Below are positions 17,475-25,700 of a stretch of 29,038 nt of DNA, piece by piece. Under the pieces are notes generated by a model. It was not told the DNA's origin. It ran no database searches and saw only the letters and a program-made list of their open reading frames with translations. The number at the start of each line of letters is the position of its first letter. Within the stretch, counting starts at the first letter, position 1. Source of the stretch: a virus (Duplodnaviria; Heunggongvirae; Uroviricota; Caudoviricetes; Schitoviridae); IMG/VR virus record IMGVR_UViG_3300024257_000004; one strand, 5' to 3'. Position numbers and translations under genes: made by a program.

Positions 17475-17887
17475 TGAACGGATTACCAAGTAAAGAAGAA
17501 TTACAGGCTATGCAAGCACGACAGAATCAATTAGCTAATGCACAAGCTTTAGCAGCAATGGGTGGAGAGCCTGGAATGAATAGTACTGAAGCAATAGCCG
17601 CTAGAGATACGGCTGATTACTTAGCTAGTGGTAGACCTACTCAAGTTGCTAACGCAGCTCAAAGTGGTGCTAAAATTAATCCAGCACTAGCTCAATACTT
17701 GACGGCTAAAGATGCTGAGAATGCTGCTATGGCTGTTCCGGGAGCAACAGTTCAAGGTAGTATAGCTCAACCCATGCAAAGAGATCTGGCAGCAGAAGCT
17801 CAATGGGGAGCTAACAAAGTTACTACGCCCCCTAACCCAGAGTTAGCTAAGTGGGCAGCTGCGTTAGCTACAGGTAAGGCAAACTAA
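17474..17887 (+). CDS. Hypothetical Ala/Gln-rich protein (137 aa)
   Basis: TAATG coupling to the portal; low-complexity A/Q/M/N composition. Confidence 0.75.
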   Translation: MNGLPSKEELQAMQARQNQLANAQALAAMGGEPGMNSTEAIAARDTADYLASGRPTQVANAAQSGAKINPALAQYLTAKDAENAAMAVPGATVQGSIAQPMQRDLAAEAQWGANKVTTPPNPELAKWAAALATGKAN

Positions 17888-17895
17888 GCTATAAT
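17863..17895 (+). promoter_or_regulatory. Putative sigma70-type promoter for the scaffold/capsid operon (GTTAGC-N5-GTAAG-N11-TATAAT)
   Basis: gcTATAAT at 17888-17895; degenerate boxes in the same register. Confidence 0.6.
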
Positions 17896-18003
17896 ACGTC
17901 TAGGTCCAACTCACTGACGACTGAAAAAGCTGTAACAATTAAAATGAGCAATGGCAGATCATCCCACTGTGGGCAATGACAGACTACCTCGAAACAGGAG
18001 AAT

Positions 18004-18366
18004 ATGATGGAAGCATCAGATATAAAAGACGAATTGAGACAGGTTGATCTTAGAATTGAAGATTTAAAAAAAGCAATTAAGCTTGGTGAAGCGGTAGAAA
18101 GACTTCATGAGAATGAAGATTTCATAACGTTAGTAATTGACGGCTACATGGAAGAAGAGGCTGAAAGAATATTCGGTGTATTAACTACACCAACTGCATT
18201 GAAAAGGGATCAGTTAGAGAATATGATGGATAAGCTGGGTTCTATTAGAGACTTCAAAGCGTTCATCGGTAAGTGTCTGCAAGATGCAGATATGGCACCA
18301 GATGCATTAGCTGAAGAAGAGAAATACAGAAAAGAAGTTACAGCTTCTGGTTCGATTGAGGAGTAA
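18004..18366 (+). CDS. N4 gp58-like head protein
   Basis: LGEAVERLHENEDFITLVIDGYMEEEAERI matches the N4 gp58 family pattern; syntenic between portal and gp57-like; AGGAG RBS. Confidence 0.7.
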   Translation: MMEASDIKDELRQVDLRIEDLKKAIKLGEAVERLHENEDFITLVIDGYMEEEAERIFGVLTTPTALKRDQLENMMDKLGSIRDFKAFIGKCLQDADMAPDALAEEEKYRKEVTASGSIEE

Positions 18367-18369
18367 CAG

Positions 18370-19737
18370 ATGGCTCAAGAAGAATTAGAAATTGATAACA
18401 TGAGTGATGATGAGTTTGAAGCAATGCTTGATGAACAAGTAACTGAAGACCAATTTGCTGCAGATGAAGACGACATTGCCGATGAAATAGATGATGAAAC
18501 AGCGGGTGATGAAGGTGAAGATACAGAAGACGATGAGGACACTGATCATGAGGATGATTTAGATGATTCAGAAGACGACGATGATGCACAAACGAATGAT
18601 GGGATCGACGGTGAAGATCAGGATAGTGACGAAGACGAAGATGAGTTAGATGAAGAAGACGGTGAGGAAAACACTCAAGTAGATGACGATAGTTTAAGCG
18701 CAGATGATACTGATGACAAGTCAAAAGATGACGAATCGGATGACAAAGATTCAGAAGATGCGAAAGATGACACAGACACGAAGACAGAAGATGACGATAA
18801 GAAATCGGATACTGATGATATCGACTATAAGAAAGAATACGAAAGATTCAAGGGATTCTACGACGAAGTAACTTCAGAATTCAAAGCTAACGGTAGAACC
18901 GTAAGAGGGTTTGATGATCCTAAGAAGATTATCGAAGCACAACAAATGGCTGCGAACTTCAGTGAGAAAATGGCTGGATTTAAACAGTACAGACCATACA
19001 TGGCTCCGTTAAAAGAAAGAGGAATACTAGAAGATCAAACTAAGTTTGACTTAGCTATGAATCTATTAGACGGAGACAAAGAGGCTCTTAAGCAACATAT
19101 TAAAAACTTAGATATCGATCCACTGGATTTAGATATGGATGAGATCAAGTATGAGGGTAAGAGACAAACTTCAAGTGACTTTAACATAGCACTAGAAGAT
19201 CTGTATGAAAATGCAGAAAGAAACGGCGTTAAGCAACAGGTAAATACTGTTATAGGTCAACAATGGGATAACGAAAGTTTAGTTGAGCTAGTTCAAGATC
19301 AAAAGAGTGCTGCGGACTTAGTAGACCACTTAAGTAGTGGGGCATTTGATGCTGTACAAGATAGAATTGCTGAGATAAAAAGAGCTGACTTCGATGGAAG
19401 ATTCAACTCACTAAGTGATATCAATCAGTACAGAACAGCCGCACAACAGCTAGAAACTGAATACCAAGAGTACGCAAAGACTCAAGGTACTACAGAAGCA
19501 CCTACAGCGCAAGCTGATTTAGTTGCTGAAGAGAAAGCTAAGATCGAGAAAGAGCGACAAGAAGCAGAGTATAAAGCTCAAGTTGAACAAAAGAACAAGC
19601 AAGCCAGCGAAGCAAGAAAAAAAGCTGCATCAGTAAGTAAAAAGAAAGTTAAACGAAAACCTAAGAAGAAGACGTTTGACCCTATGGCACTTGATGATGA
19701 TGCATTCGCTGCTGAGCTTGATAAAATGATGTACTAG
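18370..19737 (+). CDS. N4 gp57-like acidic scaffold (often annotated tape measure)
   Basis: Long D/E tract; FKANG...QQMAANFSEKM...YRPYMAPL motifs; Lys-rich C-terminus ending FDPMALDDDAF; directly upstream of MCP. Confidence 0.8.
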   Translation: MAQEELEIDNMSDDEFEAMLDEQVTEDQFAADEDDIADEIDDETAGDEGEDTEDDEDTDHEDDLDDSEDDDDAQTNDGIDGEDQDSDEDEDELDEEDGEENTQVDDDSLSADDTDDKSKDDESDDKDSEDAKDDTDTKTEDDDKKSDTDDIDYKKEYERFKGFYDEVTSEFKANGRTVRGFDDPKKIIEAQQMAANFSEKMAGFKQYRPYMAPLKERGILEDQTKFDLAMNLLDGDKEALKQHIKNLDIDPLDLDMDEIKYEGKRQTSSDFNIALEDLYENAERNGVKQQVNTVIGQQWDNESLVELVQDQKSAADLVDHLSSGAFDAVQDRIAEIKRADFDGRFNSLSDINQYRTAAQQLETEYQEYAKTQGTTEAPTAQADLVAEEKAKIEKERQEAEYKAQVEQKNKQASEARKKAASVSKKKVKRKPKKKTFDPMALDDDAFAAELDKMMY

Positions 19738-19752
19738 GTAAACCCCTAGTAC
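19731..19752 (+). other. Hairpin between scaffold and MCP genes
   Basis: GTACTAGG-TAAACC-CCTAGTAC is a perfect 8-bp stem; no U tract. Confidence 0.6.
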
Positions 19753-19774
19753 GCAAGCTAAAAGGAAAAATAAT

Positions 19775-20923
19775 ATGGCACAAAAATTTAACACTGGTGG
19801 AACTACTTCATCAATTGGTACTCAATTTAATGATAAGTTCTGGTCAAGAGCTGCGGTAATCGAAGCTAAGAAAAAGAAAGTATTCTCACAAATGGGTGAC
19901 AGATTAACTCAACCAAAAAACTTTGGTGATAAAATTGTTAAATACCACGAATTACCAATTTTACATGCTTCAAACGTTAATGATCAAGGTATCGATGCTA
20001 ACGGTGTAACTATTGCTAATGGTAACTTATACGGTGGATCTAAAGATTTATCTACTCAAAAAGGTGCATTCCCTACACTTACTGAAGAGGGTGGAATGGT
20101 AAATAGAGTTGGTATGAAGAGACTTACTTTAGAAGCAGACGTTTCTGAGTTCGGATTCTACATGGCATTCACTAAAAGATCATTAGAGATGGATACTGAA
20201 AAAGGTTTATTAGCTAGATACTCTAGAGGTGTTGGTGAAGCTCAAGGTGATATCAGAGAAGCACAAGTTCAAGCTTCATTAATTACTCAATCAGAGCAAA
20301 ACAGAGTATTCGCAGGTTCTGCAACTTCTCAAGTTACTGTTGATGAGACTTCTGAATTAACATTCCAATCGTTAAGAAACATGGATAAATCTCTTAAAGA
20401 CGCTAGATGTCCAAAAGATACTAAGTTAATTGATGGTTCTACTAAAGTTGGTACTTCAACTGTTGGTAAAGCTAGATATGTTTACGTTGGTGCTGAAATG
20501 ATTCCTACATTAGAAGATATGCAACATAATAACAAAGACCTATGGGTTCCAGTTGAAATGTATGCTTCTGCAGGTAACATTGCTGAAGGTGAAATCGGTA
20601 AAATCGGTCAATTCAGATTTATTGAAGTAGAAGAAATGCCTTCTTACCAAGGTGTTGGAGCAGATGCTACAGGTTCAGCTACACACTACGAAACTGATGA
20701 CAAGTTCGATGTATTCCCAGTATTATTTGTTGGTTCTGGATCATTCGCTACTGTTGGTTTCGAAGGTGACGTTGCTAGAGTTACTACTGTAATGCCTAAA
20801 GCTGACGCACATAACGATGTATACGGTAAAAAAGGTGCAGTATCAATTTCATGGTACTACGGATTCATGACACTTAGACCTGAGTGGATTAGATCAATCA
20901 ACTGTTCAGCTAAAATCGCATAG
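19775..20923 (+). CDS. Major capsid protein, N4 gp56-like
   Basis: NVNDQGIDANGVTIANGNLYGGSKD...PTLTEEGGMVNRVG, RYVYVGAEM, GEIGKIGQFRFIEVEEM, DVYGKKGAVSISWYYG...RPEW; highly biased codons. Confidence 0.96.
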   Translation: MAQKFNTGGTTSSIGTQFNDKFWSRAAVIEAKKKKVFSQMGDRLTQPKNFGDKIVKYHELPILHASNVNDQGIDANGVTIANGNLYGGSKDLSTQKGAFPTLTEEGGMVNRVGMKRLTLEADVSEFGFYMAFTKRSLEMDTEKGLLARYSRGVGEAQGDIREAQVQASLITQSEQNRVFAGSATSQVTVDETSELTFQSLRNMDKSLKDARCPKDTKLIDGSTKVGTSTVGKARYVYVGAEMIPTLEDMQHNNKDLWVPVEMYASAGNIAEGEIGKIGQFRFIEVEEMPSYQGVGADATGSATHYETDDKFDVFPVLFVGSGSFATVGFEGDVARVTTVMPKADAHNDVYGKKGAVSISWYYGFMTLRPEWIRSINCSAKIA

Positions 20924-20940
20924 TGATTTAACTGACAGTA

Positions 20941-20973
20941 CTAGAGTACTCCTCCTAACGGAGGACGCTCTAG
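20941..20973 (+). terminator. Strong hairpin after MCP (terminator or stabiliser)
   Basis: CTAGAG-TAC-TCCTCC-TAAC-GGAGGA-CG-CTCTAG; weak U tract. Confidence 0.5.
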
Positions 20974-20995
20974 CTTAGCTAATAGATAAAATTAG

Positions 20996-21028
20996 TTAAG
21001 CTAAGGCGAAGTTATACTGATGTATAAT
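20996..21028 (+). promoter_or_regulatory. Putative sigma70-type promoter (TTAAGC-N5-CGAAG-N11-TATAAT)
   Basis: TATAAT at 21023-21028; TTAAG exactly 27 nt upstream, as at the other sites. Confidence 0.6.
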
Positions 21029-21143
21029 GTCGTTACACAAGTCTATTGGTGGTGCTAAGCACTAAACGCGAATAAAGTAAATCACATAAATAAAAGGCAA
21101 TGAGGGACCAACTAGGTTCACTTACCCAAGAACAGGAGATTAA

Positions 21144-21728
21144 ATGAATTACGAAGACAAAACAAATAAAGAGCTAGTTGAGCTTTGCGAAGAACTAAAT
21201 ATCGATGTGGATGCTAAGAATCCAAGTAAACCGAATAAAGCTGAATTAATCACTGCACTAGAAGCATATGATGCAGAGACAGAAGATTTCGTTAGCGGTG
21301 ATGATATGGTAGAGCAAATTGAAGAAGCCGCAGAAAATACTGCAGCAACTACTGAAAGTAAGGCTCAAAAAAGACGTAGACAGGTTAAAGAATTAACTAA
21401 GAAAGTAAGAGTAATTGCTACTAGTAATGCTGATAATCAAACTAAGACTGACCTAATTACAATTGGTTGGGGTAACGACTTGATAGGTCATCAGAACGAT
21501 AGACTACTGTTAGGTAAACCGTGGCATATCAGACAGGGTGCATTAGATACACTTAGAGCTATGACTATCAATAAAGCTGTACAGAACGATGAACAGAATA
21601 GAGTTGACTACGTAGAACTTCCTGCATACAATGTTCAAGACCTTGGACTACTAAGCAAAGAAGAGTACAAGGCTATGGCTGATAAACAAAAAGTTAGAGA
21701 CGCTGCAGTAAGTGCATCAGAAGTATAA
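21144..21728 (+). CDS. N4 gp55-like protein with N-terminal HeH/Rho-N-like motif
   Basis: TNKELVELCEELNI...NKAELITAL; later KVRVIATS...GWGNDLIG...KPWHI; syntenic after MCP. Confidence 0.7.
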   Translation: MNYEDKTNKELVELCEELNIDVDAKNPSKPNKAELITALEAYDAETEDFVSGDDMVEQIEEAAENTAATTESKAQKRRRQVKELTKKVRVIATSNADNQTKTDLITIGWGNDLIGHQNDRLLLGKPWHIRQGALDTLRAMTINKAVQNDEQNRVDYVELPAYNVQDLGLLSKEEYKAMADKQKVRDAAVSASEV

Positions 21729-21771
21729 CTTATACGGAGTGGATACAAGTTATCCCCTCTAGTATGAGTTA
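21726..21771. other. Long imperfect intergenic hairpin
   Basis: TAACTTATAC/GTATGAGTTA, GAG/CTC and GGATA/TATCC stems around a CAAGT loop. Confidence 0.6.
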
Positions 21772-21793
21772 ATAGGTATAAAGGAAAGTAATA

Positions 21794-22408
21794 ATGGCTG
21801 ATAACGTTAGTTTTGATAATATTGTAGGTAGCAAGATACTAGAAGATAGTGGGTACTTCGGTGATTTAATGAAAGTACTAAGTGCTCACATAGATGATGC
21901 GTTAAGTAACCAAAGAATTACGCAAACAGAGGCTGGTCAGATATATACTGGAGTTATTCCTGGAATGGTACAACAAGCCGTACAATTTGAACTAAGTAAA
22001 GAGTCATCTGAAAGAGACGTACTGATTAAAGACGCACAGGTTACCTCGATGACTAAGGAAGACGTAGTCAAGACAAACCAAGCCCTAGATATACTATCAC
22101 AGACATCAGTTAGGGATGTTCAATCTGCTAAAGACTTGTTAGTTAAGCAAGAACAGATAAGTATGTTGGTTAAACAGCAGGCTACTGAAGAAAAGAAAAC
22201 TCTAGATACTGTATCGACTACTTCAGTTCGAGATGTTCAATCTGCTAAAGATGCTTTGATTAAAGATGCACAGATAGCAAATGCTAAGTTAGATGCTGCA
22301 CTAAAAGTTCATACTGTACCTAGTAAGACTCAAGACGAGCTACTATGTACTATAGAGTCTGTAGTGAATAAAGCAGATGGTAACCTGTCTGCAGAGTGCG
22401 GAGCATAA
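21794..22408 (+). CDS. N4 gp54-like structural protein (short form, 204 aa)
   Basis: GYFGDLMKVLSAHIDDALSNQRITQTEAGQIY...QQAVQF motif; internal 39-aa-spaced repeat SVRDVQSAKD. Confidence 0.7.
   Translation: MADNVSFDNIVGSKILEDSGYFGDLMKVLSAHIDDALSNQRITQTEAGQIYTGVIPGMVQQAVQFELSKESSERDVLIKDAQVTSMTKEDVVKTNQALDILSQTSVRDVQSAKDLLVKQEQISMLVKQQATEEKKTLDTVSTTSVRDVQSAKDALIKDAQIANAKLDAALKVHTVPSKTQDELLCTIESVVNKADGNLSAECGA
22115..22251 (+). repeat. 20-bp exact direct repeat GATGTTCAATCTGCTAAAGA (22115-22134 and 22232-22251)
   Basis: Offset 117 bp (39 codons) within the gp54-like gene. Confidence 0.9.
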
Positions 22409-22409
22409 T

Positions 22410-22775
22410 ATGGCATGTAATACAGATAATAAATTCATCATCAACCAAGGTATGGATAATGAATTCATACTAACGATCAAGGGTACAGGCACTACATCGG
22501 CTATGGAAATAGGTGCTGGAGATACATTCGAAACATCACTATATGAGTTAGAGTCTAATACTATAATACAAACCGTAAACACTACGGTTGAGGACGCACA
22601 GTCAGGTAAAATTAAACTTACTATAACTGAAGCTGAGGCGAATGCTCTATCACTAGAAAGAGGATCTAAAGCTGATAGGTACTACTTGAAACCGCTGTAC
22701 CGCATAACTATAGACTGCGATACTCTTAATAACGGAAAATTCGTTGCTAAACTTCCAGAAGTATACGTGGAGTAA
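22410..22775 (+). CDS. Small Ig-like adaptor protein (121 aa)
   Basis: ATG 22410 has a GGAG RBS and avoids overlap (the track starts at 22377); FIINQGMDNEFILTIK...GKIKLTIT...LYRITIDCDT pattern. Confidence 0.65.
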   Translation: MACNTDNKFIINQGMDNEFILTIKGTGTTSAMEIGAGDTFETSLYELESNTIIQTVNTTVEDAQSGKIKLTITEAEANALSLERGSKADRYYLKPLYRITIDCDTLNNGKFVAKLPEVYVE

Positions 22776-22778
22776 TGG

Positions 22779-25700
22779 ATGGAGATTGAAAAATCTATTA
22801 TTGATGTAGAAATTGAAAATCAAAACTTAGGTATAGCTACTACAGAACCAACTGAAGTATGTGTGATAGATGATGACTCAATCGAAATAACATCTGCTAA
22901 GAAAGAGTTTGTGATAACTGGTGATGATATATACATCTCTGGTTCCGGACAAACTACTCCTCAGTGGATACAAGATATAATTGATCAAGAAGTAACTAGT
23001 AAAATAGCTGATAAGACAACTGGACTAACTGATGCAATAACTAGTATAAATCAATCACTACTAGAGTTAGAATTAGCTAAGAACACATATACAGAATCTA
23101 TAATGACTGAGGCTACTATCAATGGTATAGTAGTAAGTCACCTAGATACACTAAACGCTACAGTGCAAGACAATAGTGCAAACATAGTTAACTTGGACTT
23201 AGTTAAGACTACTCCAGACGAAGCACTAGCACTAAGCATATCACACTTAAATAGTCAGATACAAGATGGTGAAATACACAGCTTGGTTACTGATCTGAGT
23301 ACTACGATAGCTAACAATGAGCAAACAGCGGCAGCTAACATAACTAGCTTAGCTAGTGTGTTCAATGGTAATGCAAGTAGTATAGAAACAATACTATCAA
23401 CACAATCAGATGAGTTCAGTTCAGAAGCTAATGCAATAACTGAACTAAGATCGGCAATAGAGCTAGAGAATGGTGTGAGTGGTACAGCCACAGCAGTAAC
23501 TAGACTTAACACATTTGTAGGCTACGAGGAAGGTGCTGATACTATACCAGATGAGCTGCAAGCTTTAGCGGGTTCGATAGAGGATAATGAAGCAGCGCTT
23601 GGAGCATTAGCTAATCAGGTAGATGGCGAAGTGATGATTCATGCTGAAAACTATGGACCAGTGACAATTCTGGACCCTGTAGCTGACACGCAACCCACAT
23701 ACATAGTAGATGCGGTAGATCCAGACCTGAGTGCGCTGAATGGAGTATATGGAGCATTCAAAGCTAGTCTGTATACAACAGCTGCTGCACCAACAAGCAC
23801 AAGTACCGATCAATACAACCTGAAGATGGATCTACACGGATTAGAGAGAACTGGTGAATTAAACGGTCACTATACTGCCGGAACGCTATGCGTGATGAAG
23901 ATATATGTAGATGGTGGTCTAGATGAGTTTGAAGAAACAGAATGGCTACTTGGCTATGTCGGGGAACCAATTGCACTACCAACAGATAAGAATATAATTG
24001 TAGACTTTGGGGATGTTAACCCGGGTGACTTTGTTGCTAGTACAGTTCCTCTGCCAAGCAAAGAGCCGTATGCGTCTTGGTTAGCCGAAGATGCGCTAAA
24101 TGGTGACGCTAATGCAAGAAGTGTACATACTGGTGACTCATTCATATATGTGAATACTGCTGGACAATATGTAAGGTCATTTAAATTTGTGAAACTAGCT
24201 ACACCGGATCCACTAAAAAGTGATGATGATGGATATGCATGGTATGAGATAAAAGATAGTGCTGCAATGATTGCTGCAACTACGGCACATGCATTAGCTG
24301 ACGGTAAAATGAAAGTGTTCTACATAACTCCTACTGCTCCATACCAAAAAGGTGACTTGTGGACTAGAAACATAGACGGAAGTCAGCAGATATGGGAATG
24401 TACCCAAGATGAAGACGTTGAGTATAATATTGCTGATTGGCAACAAGTAGCTACAGATGATAAAGCTGTAGTACTACTATCTACTGGATTGAGCGGCGGA
24501 ACAGTTAGTGTTGATCTTGAAGCATCAGTACTAAGTGGAAAAAGTATAACTCAGTACGTATCAGATGAAATAGATGATAAAACTAATATATACAGCGGGA
24601 AAGTTGATCCGAATAGCCCACTGTATGAGCCTAATAATTTAGGTTCTGGGGATATATACCTATGGTTCACAACAGAAACTGCAAGTGAAGAGGGCAGCAT
24701 ATACGATGTGACTAAAACGTATAGTTGGAATGGAGTTGAGTGGGGCCAAATTGAGTTAAATAGTAATATAACTAACTTAGCTGATTTAGCTGACGGAAAA
24801 AGAACTATATTCAATAATCAATCTCACGACGTACCTAATGGAGTTGAAAGAGATTTATGGATTCCAACAACGGGAACTGATGATGAAGCATATACGCCTG
24901 GTGAGCTATACCAATGCAGTACAGCGGGAGCATGGGAGATAGCTACTAAGTATACAGATGATTTAGACACCTATAAGTTGGTAGTAAACGATATTATTGT
25001 TCCAGGACTAGAGTCACAAATAGATAACAAAGTAGAGTACTGGTTCCAAACTAATGATCCAAAAGAAGCATGGGTTGAAGAAGAGGACAGGGCTAAACAT
25101 GATGGAGATGTGTGGTATCACACTGCAGACAAAACCAGTAGTTACTATGACGATGGCATTCATGGTTGGCACGCGATTGAGGACCAGAAAGCGCTTGATG
25201 CAATAGCTGATGCGGCAGATGCTCAAGCAGCCGCTGACGGAAAATTAACTATATATAGACAGGTGTTAGATCCGGCGACTGAAGAATCAGAACCAGGTGT
25301 GTTAAAGAATGAAATACATGATGGTGACATGTGGTTAGACATCGATACCGGTGAAGTGAAAATATGGGACATCTCCCTTGGTTCCGGTGGAGATTGGGAT
25401 AATGACTGGGAAACAGGAAGAACAATAGCACTAGCTGAAGAAATAACTAAGTTGGATGCATATTTAATGTCTGCTGGATATACTGTAAGGTTAGTCGCAG
25501 ATACAGCCACTAGCGAGTATATCTACGAAGTGTTTGAAGAAGACAACAACGGTTCAACGAAGAGGTATAGCATAGCTAAAGAGGATTCTGCAGGCATTAC
25601 TATCCCAGAACCAATGGTCACTAATGGGACTGCTTACGTAGCAGGAACTGACTGGATGCCAACGTACACAGTTGCTGGAGGAGTTCTGGCTGCTTATGAT

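Noticed and set aside
17944-17979. 11-codon uORF (MSNGRSSHCGQ) in the scaffold-operon leader
   Set aside because: No RBS; the length is expected by chance.
21046-21064. 3-nt-loop hairpin (GTGC-TAA-GCAC) as an N4 virion-RNAP promoter
   Set aside because: The loop lacks the purine-rich GNA-type sequence on either strand, and the site lies in the late region downstream of a sigma70-type promoter.
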